Source: Vicugna vicugna (Eukaryota). Taken from it: DNA of 64,000 nt. Where the stretch lies: positions 5,471,779 to 5,535,778 of the forward strand of contig MU058198.1 in the NCBI GenBank assembly GCA_013265495.1, in the 5' to 3' direction. Made by a program: the position numbers and the translations under genes. Below, one piece after another: positions 1-12,104 of this stretch (positions are counted from its first letter, which is position 1; every line of letters starts with the position of its first letter). The notes beneath the pieces are model-generated. The model had not been told where the DNA came from and ran no database searches. It saw only the letters and a program-made list of their open reading frames with translations.

Positions 1-387
1 GGAGAGGAACCTCTCCCCAATTGCAGATTGTAATGTTGTCATTGTGTCCTCACATGTTGGAGTGAGAGCAAGAAAGCTCCCTAAAGTCCCTTTTATTTAT
101 TTATTTTTGGGGGAGGTGGAGGATGTAATTAGGTTTATTTATTTATTTTTTTAATGGAGGCACCAGGGATTGATCCCAGGACCTCATGCATGCTAAGCAC
201 AGCACTCTACCACTGAGCTATACCCTCCTCCCACCAATCCCTTTTATAAAGGCACTAATCTCATTCCTGGGGGCTCCACCCTCATGACCTAATCACCTCC
301 CAAAGGCCCCACCCCCAGGACCATTACCCTGGGGAACAGATTTCAACATAAAATTTTTGAGGGGACACAAATATCCAGTCCATTGCA
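1..387 (-). mobile_element. MaLR solo LTR (MLT1A-like), cut by the window edge and interrupted by a SINE
   Basis: Contains 'ccaccctcatgacctaatcacctcccaaaggccccacc' and ends '...ggggacacaaatatccagtccattgca', the reverse complement of the typical MLT1A start. Confidence 0.8.
97..237 (-). mobile_element. tRNA-derived SINE, camelid Vic-1-like
   Basis: Minus strand has a Pol III A box (TAGCTCAGTGG), a B-box-like GGGATCAATCCC, then (AAAT)n-AAACCTAATTAC and an A-rich tail. 10-bp target-site duplication TCCCTTTTAT at 87-96 and 238-247. Confidence 0.88.
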
Positions 388-444
388 AGGGAAATCACCA
401 AGGATTTTTTTGAACAAAGTTAAGTAATTAATTATGCTTTTTTC

Positions 445-1092
445 CCCAAGTGTCAGAAACACAACTCAAATTGGCTTAAGCAAAATATATAGGCTCATGG
501 GGTTGGGTCTTCCTTTGGTAAAGCTAGCTCTAGACTAAATTAGACAGGATTTGCTCCGGAGAAGCTAAACTAGCTAGGCTAGAATCCTGCTCAAGTGATT
601 TCTTCAGGACATCATTCTCTCCATCCCTTGAGTCTGCTATTCTCCAAGTTGGCTTCACTTAGCACCAGGAGCTCCCCACCTGGTGACAAAGATGGCCACC
701 AACAGTCATAGTCTCACAGCCTATCAGGAAAGCCATGCTGAGGGGAGGGAGCATGTCAGGGTTCAGTCTCATTGGCCTGCTTTGAGTCAAGTGGGCACCC
801 CCGAACCAATCACTGAGGCTGGGGTGGGATGATCTGATCTCTGATTGGTCAGACCTGATCACGTGCCTATTACTGGTGGGGAGGGGCGGGGGAGTGATGA
901 AATTATGGCCAGGGAGCAGGAAAGGGATAGTTCTCCACAAGACAACCAGGTGTGTGCTTGTGTGTGTGCCTGCAGTTTAGGTTTTATATTGGGTTTTTTT
1001 GTTGTGGTGGTGGTGGTAGTGGTTGTCGTTGTGCTGTCTTACCAGAAGAAGGAGGATGGATCCCAGACAGGTAAAAACAACCCGTGTCCATA
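445..1092 (-). mobile_element. Old MaLR solo LTR (MLT1K/L-like)
   Basis: 'cagaaacacaactcaaattggcttaagc' and 'ccgaaccaatcactgagg...ctctgattggtcagacctgatcacgtgcc' motifs; inverse counterpart of 22261-22781. Confidence 0.6.
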
Positions 1093-1524
1093 GTATCATC
1101 ATGGATGTGTTTATTTTGTTTATTTGAGCCTTTGAAAGTGCTGTGGATTCGTGTGAACAAAGACTGGAGCAGGGATGTCAGACATGCAATGCCCTGGTTA
1201 CTGCCACACCTTCCTACACTCATGGCCGACATGACTAATCCACTGCAAGCCCACTCAACCCTCTTTTCTATTGATCCTACTTGGGTTGTCATCAGTCAAT
1301 CTGAATGAGAACTATTTGTCACCCCTGAGTGGGGGGACAGGGAGCCTAACTGTATTCCTCTCTCTTGGATGCCATACCTCTGATCTTTTTCAAGTAGAAG
1401 GAGACCGTTGACGGAAAGGTGGGGCTAGAGGATCTCTTGTATCTCCAAGGGAAGAAACGTGTCCAAACTACAGAGGTGGACTTTGCACTGAGATGTCTTG
1501 AACACCAGCCGGGAGTGTGTTCTC

Positions 1525-1745
1525 CCAGCACGAAGAGCCCAGGAATCAGATTGCTGTGTCTAAATCCTGTCTTCACTGCCCACTAAGTCTGTGATCTTGG
1601 GTAAATCGCTTCACCTCCGTCAGCTACCTTATTCATCTGTGAAGTGTAAATAACAACTCCTCCCAGGTCACTGTGAGGACTGAAGGGGACGATTCAGGCA
1701 AAGCACTCAGCCCAACACATACGTACGCATTCAAAAAATGGAAGT
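1525..1745 (+). mobile_element. MIR SINE
   Basis: Core 'tgtgatcttgggtaaatcgcttcacctcc...catctgtgaagtg'. Confidence 0.7.
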
Positions 1746-2319
1746 TACCTTTGTAATCATAGTTAATATACCTTCCTGCTGTTTTCCATCTTCCAGGCAC
1801 TTTTTTTTTAATTCAGTTGAGGAAGTCAGAAAATTAAGATAACCAAGTGGTTTAGTGACAATGTTATGTAAAACTGTCTCCCTGTGGATCCTCCAAGCTG
1901 TCTAGAGAACAGCATTTGAATTTCCAAAAGTAACTCAGTAAACTCTCTTATCTTTGTGGAATGGGGAGGCTGGTTAATCAAATATAGAGAAATCAGAGTT
2001 AATCAAGTAAGGAGTTACTGTGTTGACTGAGTTGGAATTAGCCTTACTCAGAGAATTAGGATGCAGCAGAAACACAGCCAAGGATACCTCCAGGGATCCC
2101 CACTGCCCCCAAAATCAAACACCTCAGAACCTGGCTCTGGATGATGTTTTGGCCACTGAAGTCCCATGTGGTCTCCACTCCTGCCCCTCATCCCTGAGCC
2201 TCAGGCACACATGGCACTCAATGGCTTTGCTGGTGTCATGCCTCCTCTCTTGGAAGACCTCCACCCCACACTTTGCCTTTCTGCATGGCTGTGTATTCAT
2301 CTAGAAATGGGCAGAATAA

Positions 2320-2850
2320 TCCATCAACAGATGACTGGATAAAGAAGCTGTGGTATATTTATACAATGGAATACTACTTAGCCATTAAAAATAATAAAAT
2401 AATGCCATCTTCAGCAACATGGATGGACTTGGAGAATGCCATTCTAAGTGAAGTAAGCCAACAGAGAAAGAAAAATACCAAATGATATCACTTATATGTG
2501 GAATCTAAAAAAAGAAGAAAGAAAAACTTATTTACAAAACAGAAACAGACTCACAGACATGGAAAACGAACTTATGGCTACCAGCAGGGGAAGGGGGTGG
2601 GAAGGGATAACTTGGGAGTTCGAGATGTGCAGATATTAGCTAATATATACAAATAGATAAACAAGTTTATACTGTATAGCACAGAGAAGTATATTCAATC
2701 TCTTGTAGTAACTTATGGTGAAAAAGAATATGAAAACGAATATATGTATGTTCCTATATGTATGTTTCTGAAGCACTGTGTTGTACATCAGAAACTGACA
2801 CAACATTGTAAACTGACTATACTTCAATAAAAATATACATTTAAAAAAAA
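2320..2850 (+). mobile_element. Young 5'-truncated LINE-1 (ORF2 C-terminus, 3'UTR, polyA)
   Basis: Translates to the L1 ORF2 end (PSTDDWIKKLWYIYTMEYY...WMDLENAILSEVSQ). AATAAA and A-tail present. Perfect 17-bp TSD AGAAATGGGCAGAATAA at 2303-2319 and 2851-2867. Confidence 0.95.
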
Positions 2851-3269
2851 AGAAATGGGCAGAATAAATTCCCATATTAATCACGGGAATGTTGGGAGTA
2901 CAATGATGAGCCATGTGTGTAAATGTGCCAGGAAGATGTCTGCTGGGCTGCAGGTGCTCATAAAGCTTTAGCTGAGCATGGATGTAGGTACCTAGAAACC
3001 CTGCGACCCGACAGTGCTGACATAACGATATCAATGGACCTCAGGTTGGTCCCCGGTCCAACCACAGAAATTCTGTTATAGTTAAAGATCCTTTTCTGGA
3101 ATTTCCTGCTGACAATTCCTGACTACTTAGGATACACAAAAATCAAGCCTGATCATAGTAATCTTAGGACCTTCTAAATATTTGAAGAAACTCTACTGTC
3201 TCCAACAGCTGGTCAAGGGAGACATCTGGATACAGGACTATCTGAAAACAGTAGCTACAACTATAGCCA

Positions 3270-3440
3270 TTGAAAACTTCTTATGTACCAGGCACCATTC
3301 CAAGTAGTTTTCAGGTATTGACTCATTTAATTCTCACATTCTATTTTACAGATGAGGAAACAGGGGCACAGAGAGGTTAAGCAATTTTCTCAAGGCCACA
3401 CAGCTAGTAAGTGGCAGAGCTCAGGATCTTAACCGCTATG
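3270..3440 (-). mobile_element. MIR SINE
   Basis: 'ttttacagatgaggaaacaggggcacagagaggttaag...cacacagctagtaagtggcagagc'. Confidence 0.85.
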
Positions 3441-3534
3441 AAACAGACGATTGAAACTCACTCTTGCCAGTGTTCAGCAGAAGTGGAACCTGTGATGCTC
3501 TTCTTTTCCCTGAGTCAAACAATCTCTCTTTAAG

Positions 3535-3850
3535 AGTCAATTCTCAATCTCTTTTGACCATATATATTACATGACCCATTGGGCATACATATAATACCAA
3601 TAAATGCTCTACAAATCAGGACCTACCTTTGTTACACACAATGTGCTTTGATATTTTCCATAATACTCTATTTCACATTTTATATAAATATTCTATTATA
3701 TTTTAATATATTTTCTTTATATTCTCTCTCTCTATATCCTATTATATTCATAATACTCTATTTTCACTTTTTGAATGCTGGTTGCTATCTGTTAAATTGA
3801 CTTCAAGATGCACCAATCGATTATGAGTCACAGCTTGAAAAACACCACTC
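3535..3850. mobile_element. hAT-Charlie-type MITE relic
   Basis: Termini 'ttctcaatct' and 'cagcttgaaaaacacca' with an AT-rich interior. Confidence 0.5.
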
Positions 3851-3984
3851 TGGACTAAGTTATAAAAGGTCATGGGCCCGCTCACCACTAGAAAGCTAGT
3901 ACCTAGACTTCCTCTTGGCCATAGGAGGTCTCCATCACTGTGTACCCAACTGAATGTTTAAACATGAGTAAGGCTCAGAGCAGA

Positions 3985-4265
3985 GCTTGAGTCTAGCCCA
4001 CAGAATGATTTTATTTTGCCGGCAGAAAGCTTACTTTTTTTTTTTTGGAAAGGTTGCTAACATTTCAAAATCAGGAGATTCCCAGAAGCATCCAGATCCT
4101 TCAGATCTGGCAACTCTTGAGTTACAACCCGGTGGAGACGCGTTCTGGCTGACAGCTTAGATGGAGCCGTGTCCCCTCCAATGCTCAGGCCCCAGCCACC
4201 TCACTCCCGCTCATGTCACCCTTTTGCTCCCTACCTTGGCCCTGTACATTTGGATTCAAGCCTGG
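3985..4265. mobile_element. MER102-like hAT DNA transposon relic
   Basis: 'gttgctaacatttcaaaatcaggagatt...agatctggcaac'; related segments at about 26850, 45950 and 57130. Confidence 0.55.
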
Positions 4266-5008
4266 TTCAGCACCTTAACACTGAAAAATAAAGAGGCAAA
4301 TTCTACACGTAAACAGTGACCTTCAGAACTCCTTGCCATCCTGTTCCCTGCTCAGATTTTCACAGTGACCTTAAAGCCTAAAGGCATGGCTGCCAAGGAA
4401 CATTTGAATTTGGGCTTCCTTTTGTTGCTTCTATTTATCTAGTTGGTTTAGGACATCCCTGCTAATGCCCCATATCCTTCTTGCCTAAAGCCTTTTATGT
4501 CCCTTCTAAGAACCCACATTCCCTCTGGGCACTTTTTAGAAGCTGAGTACCAGCTGGACGTCTGGAGACTTTGTCTGCTGTGCCTTCCTAAAGATTGAGG
4601 CTCTAGCAAGGATGAGCTGTTGATGAGCACTGGCTCGGGAGCCAGACTGCCATTGGCTAGCTGAGCAACATTGGAGCACGTCTTTTCACTTCTCTGGGTC
4701 TCGGTGGCTTCAGCTGTAGAATAGGAATAAGAGCAGCATAGATCATGCATGGTTTGGGCAAGATTAAAAGAAGAAAAGCCACTCAAAGTGCCTCCCCATT
4801 GTACCCGATAAATATTAGTAGTTATTACACGCTGAAAACACTGGAGTATTTTGTCAGCCTGGTTGTGCATAACTACTGTGGGGTGGGGCTCCCCAGGCAC
4901 GTGAAGGTCTGTTGGCGACTGTCACCAGCTCAGGGTGAGGCTGGAGGGGAAAAACTTGATTGTGTTTCAAGCCCACCCTTTCAGTTCATCATTCCCCAGG
5001 GCTCTCTG

Positions 5009-5022
5009 GTAACCATGGCAAC
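5009..5022. promoter_or_regulatory. RFX X-box motif
   Basis: GTAACC-AT-GGCAAC matches the X-box consensus GTNRCC(N0-3)RGYAAC, in non-repeat sequence. Binding not shown. Confidence 0.45.
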
Positions 5023-5299
5023 CCAGCTTACAGGTTGCCAAGTTCAAAACAATATATTTCCAAGCAAGAAGTTTTGCTGACATCACCCATCCTGATGAGA
5101 AGGCAATGAAGGCTCGTGGGAGGGTCCATGCTGCCATCTGTAGCAGCCTGAAGACACGGAGAGCCTTTGTGCTGTCTCTTTTCACGTGTCTACCTAAGTA
5201 ATGATGTCCAGGCCAAAAGAGAGCCGTTATTGCTAACTGACCAGCATGGTAACCTTGATCACTGCTTACTAAGTGAACTGAGCCTGAGCTTTGGGGCCT

Positions 5300-5500
5300 T
5301 ATGAACTGAGATCCACTCTTGACTCAGCTACTTACTGTGTGTCCCTGAGCAGGTAACTTAACCTCTCTGTGCTTCAGCTTCCTCATCAGTAAAATGAGAA
5401 TAGCTCAGTGCTCCTCAAATGGGTCTTATGAAGATTACACAAGCTGGTGTATGTGAACGCTCAGAGCACAGTGCCTGGCACACAGTAGGCCTGCAGTAAC
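5300..5500 (+). mobile_element. MIR SINE
   Basis: 'acttaacctctctgtgcttcagcttcctcatcagtaaaatg...agtgcctggcacacagtagg'. Confidence 0.85.
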
Positions 5501-5649
5501 TGTACATTGTGACTTCTCTCATCTGCTTTGCACCCCCGATTCTATGCCCCTACCTCCTCTGACTTTTCTGCCAAGAACATCCTTCATGTCATGCCTCCAA
5601 TCTCTACCTATTGAAAACACATTCAATTTTTTCCTAAGGAAACCAGTGC

Positions 5650-6020
5650 ACGAAGATTCGCTTACAAAGACCTTAATCACAACAATGTGTGTAACGACAA
5701 AAAAAAAAAAAGCAAGCAATGTAAATATCCAACAATGAAGGACTGATTAAAGAAAGGAAGGTATGTTCATACAATAGAATATGATTCACCTGTTTAAAAT
5801 GGTAGTGCACAGCTGCATGTTCTAATATAGAATTGATTGCTAGATTATAAAAGAAAAAGCAGATCATAAAAGAACATCCATAGAATGGACGTATTTTATA
5901 GGTGGGTATGTAAGTAGGTAGGCAGATAGATACATAGATGTCAAAATATTAATAGTTGGTGGGTAATTTTCTTTTGTTCAGTTTGCTTGTCTGTCTTCTA
6001 CATTTTTTAACCGCAAATAC
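5650..6020 (+). mobile_element. Old L1 (L1ME-like) 3' fragment
   Basis: Degenerate 'aaatatccaacaat...ggtatgttcatacaatagaatat' ORF2-end motif followed by 3'UTR-like sequence. Confidence 0.55.
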
Positions 6021-6804
6021 GTATGCCTTGTACAATAAATTCTCTCTAGTACAACCCTGAAATTAACCCTATAAATTAATATTAATATCCATTTTCCCAG
6101 GGACAGGTCAATTTCCACTTCCGCCACAGCTTTCCTGTGTATCTCTGACTCACAGTGAACTTCCTTTTTCCCTCTCCAGAGTCCGCGCAGTCCTCTGTGC
6201 ACCTCTGAAGACATTTATTGCATCTTACTTTGCCTTGTGCCCACTCCCTGCTCCAGCACATGGTCCTAGGGGGCAAAGGTGGGCTCGCTTAGTCCCTGCA
6301 GGCACCAGTCAGTGAATGCATGGATGAATGAGTGAATGAATGAATAAATCAGTGAATGAATCCTTCACTCTTCAAAATCCTGGTATGATGTGCTTGCCTT
6401 TGTGAGGCCTCTCTGGACTCCTTCCCCCTTCTCTCAACCCTTTGGGTGCTGTCCCCTCTAGAACTGGCCAGTTCTAGAGTCTGAGCCAGTGCTCTCATCC
6501 CTGCTCTAACTCTCTCCTGTTGGTTGTTGGAGAGAGAAGCAGGGGAGCCTGGGTGAGAGTGCATTGACCACAGTCCTGGCTCCAAGAGTGTAAGTGGGAA
6601 ACCAGCAAAAAATAGCCCAGGCAGTGGGGAAAGTCTTTCCTGGAAGGGGGAATACGATCATCATACTTTGGTAGGAAGTTTAGTCTGAGTCTTGGAAGCA
6701 GAGCAGGGCAAAAGAAGGTGGTGTGGATTCAGGACCTGTCAGTCTTTCTAGTCACATTCTCCAGAAGGGCTAAATTTTTTATCATTTCTTTAAATGCAAT
6801 ATGG

Positions 6805-7152
6805 TGGCATGCTTGGTGTTACCAAAATTCCACGTTGTCCCTGTATTTCCCAGTTTCATGTGTAGTTAGGTTAGGGCCATTCGGCCAACGGACCGTGAGG
6901 AAAAATGAGATCTACCTCTTCTGGACCATGGCCATTAAGAACCAGTGTGGCACTTCCTCCTTCCATCCTTCTCCTCCTCCAGCAACTTGAAGGCTGTAAG
7001 TTCCAGGTGACGTAGGACATGATATAAAAAGGCTGCCTGACCACAACTGAACTTTGCCTGACCCATTCAGTGACCTTTATTGTGTTAAGCCAACTGAAAC
7101 GTTAGGGTCGATTTGTTACTTCAGCAAAGCCTAGCTCATCCTGACTAAGCCA
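6805..7152 (+). mobile_element. MaLR solo LTR (MLT1H/J-like)
   Basis: 'tatttcccag...gtagttaggttagggccat' and terminus 'ttgttacttcagcaaagcctagctcatcctgactaagcca'. Confidence 0.65.
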
Positions 7153-8134
7153 GCTCTCACACTTCACCCAACCCCTGTTCTCATTCAATAACCTTCACAA
7201 GAAGGCAACCTCACCTTTTACAAAATTAATTTCTTTTTTGATTCCACTTATACAGTGATAGTGAGGATTCACTCCATTGCTGGACAGAATAAATAAACAT
7301 TTGTGTATAAAAGTGGAAAAAAGAATTAAAAATCTTTTCCTCTCCCGGCCAACCCAGCAGCTGCCTCTAAAAGGCAGGAAAGTCTGGCTCCTAATTAGGC
7401 ATTTTTCCCTGTCCTTGAGCCTCGCAAAAGGGGACCCCTCCAAACTGAATCCATCACCTTCCAATGATTTTCTCTCTTGCAGGGACAACAGTATCAATTA
7501 GGTCCCAGGATGGATGTGGGTAAACCTCTGCTCCAGCAGGCCTTGCTTCTCAACCTGTCTTGCTTCTAATTGTCCATTTATTTCTCTCACAAACAATGTC
7601 GATAGCCCAGATGCAGCTTTTGCAGAGCAATGTCTGCTCCCGGGGGAAGTGGGCCGAGGGAAGCAGCTGAGTGTGGCTTGAAGGTTTCCATGGTAATTAT
7701 GCACCAACCACCAGAAGGCTCTGCCTGGTGAAATCCCTCGTTAGCCCCCTGCCTGCTAATTAGAGGAGGCCTTTAGCACTCGCTTGTCTTCTGGACCATT
7801 TCTTCCTGGTGGATTAGGAATGGATGCTCAAGGCTTTGGGCAGGCAAGGCCCAGTCTCTTTAGTCCTAAGCCCCAGGGAAAGTCACGGGCATGAAGGGGG
7901 AGTGATTTGTTTCAGTGGCCTGTGGAGCAGCAGCATTTGACAGCCTTTTCTTGGTATCTGGTAAACACCAAGGTGAGTTCATTGCAACCAGTTGGGACAG
8001 AGGTGTGGAGACCATTAAGGGAGGGGGGGATCCAAGCTTTCCTTTCCAAGGAAGACCCGGACAGTAACCGAGGGCACAGAGGACAAAGCCCACTTTGGGG
8101 AAGAGTGCGGTGGGAGTGGATTCGGTGAAACTAG

Positions 8135-8296
8135 CTGGGGCCAGGGAAATGCCCCATGGGTTCTGCGCTCAGAAGGACCTCACACTTGGTTCAGTTCTGG
8201 GCTGCCCCTGTCTTAAAATATTCAACAATTTTTAAACAAGAAGCCCTGCATTCTCAGTTTTCACTGAGCCCCACAATATTACGTAGCTGGTCCCAG
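8135..8296 (+). mobile_element. MER91-like hAT-Tip100 MITE
   Basis: 'gcgctcagaaggacctcacacttgg...aacaagaagccctgcatt...gtagctggtcc'; inverse copy at 50708-50883. Confidence 0.7.
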
Positions 8297-9429
8297 GTAC
8301 TCCAGCACACAGGTTTTCTAAACAGGTCAACTGAGGCAGCAGGCTGTGGATATGGAAAATCTTCTATGTACCCAGGTACCCAGGACTCCCCGGGGCCACC
8401 AGACAGTGGATCCACGACCCTGTGTTAAATGTCAGCTGAAGGTAGGGACTAAGCTCCAGCTTTACCAGTCACTCCCTGTGTGTTCTTGGGTAAATGACCC
8501 AACCCCTATGCACCCGAGGATTCTTCTCTATGGCCTGAAGATGCTGGTTGGCAGCTATTTCATAGGGTGATGATAAAGACTGACACATCACTGCTGTTTA
8601 ATGAATGTTCTCCAATGCCCTTAATATTATCACTGATACTTTTATGATTATTACTATGTGTTCATCCTCCTGTTGTTACATAGCTCCCTGCTAAGTCTCC
8701 AGAGGACCCCCTGAGATGCCCACGCTGTCTGAGATCTGGTCTCACACAATGGGTGTCCCACAGAAGTCCAGGGGAGACCAAAGAAGTAGCCCTTTCCTTG
8801 TTAATTCTTCTCTCTTCCAACACCTTTTCTCTTGTGCAAATTTCCCCCTACTCCTGTGTCTAAGCTCCACCTTTAAACGTTCAGAATCTATTTTCACCCT
8901 GTAGTTGTACTAAGGAACCCGCCCTAGAGGAGAGTGACTTGCCCAAGTGCACCCAGTGAGTCAGCAACAGAACCACAATCCCGTGTTGGTTTTCCAGCGT
9001 CCTCCACCCCTCTGCAAGATTTTGTATTGGATAGGGTGACACGGCTTCATTTCTGCCAGCGCTCAGAAAAGTACTTCACCAAGCTTTAAATGTACAGGAT
9101 CTGCTCTTTCCTTATAAATACACTCGAATCCCCCAGGATATAGTTATCTCCAGAAAAATCAAGCACCTCTTGATTGGGGGCTGGTCAGAGCAAGAGCCTG
9201 GGCTCAATGCATCAGTGGGCAGAAGGACCTGCTTATCTTAAGCAGCAGCAAGTTGGGTGAGAGTCTAATTGGCAAACAAAAGGGGAAGAAGAGGTTATTC
9301 AAGCATGACTTGAACTTGGCTGGTCGTGCCGGGGAAAGGCAGCCCCACCTGGAGGCTGGAGAAAGAAGAGACAAAGGAGAAATACTCTGCTTTCGCTCCT
9401 GAGAAAGGACACCTGGTGTGTCCAGTTCT

Positions 9430-9640
9430 CGCACAGGCTCTGGCATCAGATGGAGCTGGGTGTGAATCCCTTCTCTGCTGTTTACTAGCTGTGTGACTTT
9501 GAGCTGGTTACTCTTCCTCTCTGAACATGTTTTCTTCTCTGTAAAATGGGGCTAATAATGGGTGCCTCTCAGGGTGGCTGAAGTGTTTGAGTGAAATAAT
9601 CCATGTAAAGCAGTTGGCACCAGCACCCAGTGAATTCCAT
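9430..9640 (+). mobile_element. MIR SINE
   Basis: 'tgaatccc...tactagctgtgtgactttg...ctgtaaaatggggctaataa'. Confidence 0.85.
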
Positions 9641-9809
9641 CATCCTCATCCTCATCATTGTCTTCCTCATCATCAGTGCTGGCAAAGAGCAGTGAGAGCC
9701 TTTGGATCAGTCCTCGGTCTTTCCTAGTGATTAAGGGCACCAAAGGGCACTCATCAGAGCAAAAGTCATAATAATAAAAGAGGGAATGTAGGCAGCCTCG
9801 CTCTGGTCC

Positions 9810-10000
9810 AGAGAGCGTATTTGCCACAGCCATGAGCATCTTCTCATTTCATCTTCATGACCTGTGAGGCAAGTGGTACATGCACCCCCATCTTATTGAT
9901 GGAGCAGCCGAGCTTCCCCTGGATGAAGTGACTTTGCCCAGGGTTGCCAGCTGTGTATCCGACCAGGCGGTTCATGCTGGGCCCACTCCAGGCTTGGCGG
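9810..10000 (-). mobile_element. MIR SINE
   Basis: 'gaagtgactttgcccagggttgccagctg'. Confidence 0.6.
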
Positions 10001-11324
10001 CAGTGAAGGCAGCCAAGAAAGACCTGACACTGAGTGGGTGGTCCCTGGAAACCCGGGTTCCCTCAGATGGGGACGAAGAGGACATAGCAAGGGAAAGTGA
10101 GTGAACAGTGGCAGGAAAATGAATCGGGGAGTGGGGAGGAGCCGCCTGCCATTAATCATCGTGAAGAATAGGTCCCGGAGAGCTGCCTTTGGCTCCACGG
10201 TGATTAATGACCTTTTTAATTTTCCTGCGCATCATCCCAATTATGCAGGGGCACTGAGGGAAGCCCCACCTTCCCTGGGGAAGCAAGGAGGTCTGTGCAA
10301 TGCCCTGGAGTGAGGCAGGGAGGAGGGCTCTGGGGAGACCCTGAACTGTTTTCCAAAGACCTTGGGCCCAGGGGACAGGACTTGGAAGAGCGGCAGATCC
10401 GATCCCAGAACTTGACAGGATGCAGGGCCAGAGAAAGCCAGCATCCATCCCTGGAGAGGCTGGTGATGGACACCTCTCTCTGCCCTCAAACTCAGTGGCA
10501 AAGAAACAGAATCATTTTCTTACCAACTCAGCTAATTTTCTGTTTTGAATTTCTACTCTTCCCACGTGGCAGAATCTTAATCTTGTTCCCGAGTTGTGTC
10601 TAAGTTCTGGATATCAAGACACGGGCTGAGAGTCAGGGCGCTGGCTACTTGAGATTCTCCACCAGGTGGGCAGGGATCTTCTGCTTCACCCATCATCCTC
10701 CTTGACTCTTCCCTGTCAGTCCACAGAGGCTGCTGCTGAGAAACTTCACATGTTCGTTCACACCCAATGGCTCTCCCTCTGCTATCCTGTGCACCGAGGA
10801 GCAATGGGATCTTGAAAAGGCTGCTTCTGGTCCCAACTACCAGGACAGACCCTTAGACCTCTCGGAGGTCTCTGGTCCTCCAAACTGATGCCCTGGTGAG
10901 CTGTGCCTCCCGCTCTGAGCTATGTCACCCTGTCCCTCACCACTCCTCTCCTCTGCTTATCCCAGCCCAGGGCAGGGCACAGGGCATCGGCCTGGCTTCT
11001 AGCTCCTGTCAGCGCAGCCAGTCTTCTAAATCCCCGCTCCCAAGAAAGTTCAGGTTTTTTGAGCACAAAAGGCAAAACCAGCAGGTTACTTCTGTTTGCC
11101 GACCTGAGGCTTAGGGGTAGTGCTAAGCTTCTCTCTCTCCCCTTCGTTTGAGAAGTCGGGTGCAGGACAGAGGAGAGATCAGGGGAGAACCGATGGCTAA
11201 TGTCTCATAAATATTATCCCGCCCCACTTCCAATACTGTGGAGACACTCAGAAGAAGGAATGAGCACGTCCCCCAGGAGAATCAATAAAATCGTTCACGC
11301 GGAGAGCCATGTTCCTTCATTATG

Positions 11325-11445
11325 AAGAGCACGGGCTTCAGAGTCTGGCAGACCTTGGTTCGGTCCGGAGCGCCTATTTACAACCGGGTGACCTTGAGCG
11401 AGTGGCTGCATCTCCCCCGGCCTCAATGGCCTCATCTGTATGTTG
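11325..11445 (+). mobile_element. MIR SINE fragment
   Basis: 'aagagcacgggcttcagagtc...gtgaccttgagcgagt...cctcatctgta'. Confidence 0.7.
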
Positions 11446-12104
11446 GGGGGAAGCAAACCAGCTAGACGGTGTGCGTGGAAGGGCATGGCCAAGTCCTCTG
11501 TCTGCACCCACGGAAAGAAGGACGGAGACAGTTAGCTGGAGACGGTGGGGAGAGAGACTAGGTGAGCAGGGAGAGGAGGTAACTAAAATTCGGGAAAGAA
11601 TGCAGAGGAGAGGGGATGGGGCTCCCCTGGATGCTGGAAAGAGAACTCACAGAGACGGAAGGGAGTTGCCAGATCTGGAATAAGTCAGGGAAGAGTGGCA
11701 GCTGGATTTGAGTCGTTGCCCCATGACCTGTGGGCACAGTGGGGTGAGGAAGGGAGCCGGCATCACCAGGGAGGTGTGGTGGCTGAGAAACCTCTGAGGG
11801 AAAGGGCTGGTGACTATCCTTGCTCTAACATGCACAGTCACAAATACTCACGTGAAGATAACCTCTCAATGCATCACAAACCCACCTCTCTTTCTGGAAG
11901 TTTCTCTGTACCAGGGGAGATGAGCCTGGGTGGGCTGAGCTGAGCCTAAAGACAGGAAAGCAGCACTTCCCTTCGCAAACTTCGAAGTGCACACACATTA
12001 CTGTCACAGCACAGCTTTGGAGTCAGCAGTTCTGGGGTGGGACAGAAGACTCTGCCTATCAAACAAGCCCCACAGGATGATAATGTAAAAACCTAGTTTT
12101 TAAA

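Noticed and set aside
160..232. tRNA-like sequence on the minus strand
   Set aside because: It is the head of a SINE with an A-rich tail and TSD, not a tRNA gene.
2273..2485. ORF with real protein similarity
   Set aside because: It is the C-terminal remnant of L1 ORF2 in a truncated insertion, not a host gene.
10659..10673. CTCF-like CCACCAGGTGGGCAG
   Set aside because: An extra G disrupts the conserved GGC of the core motif.
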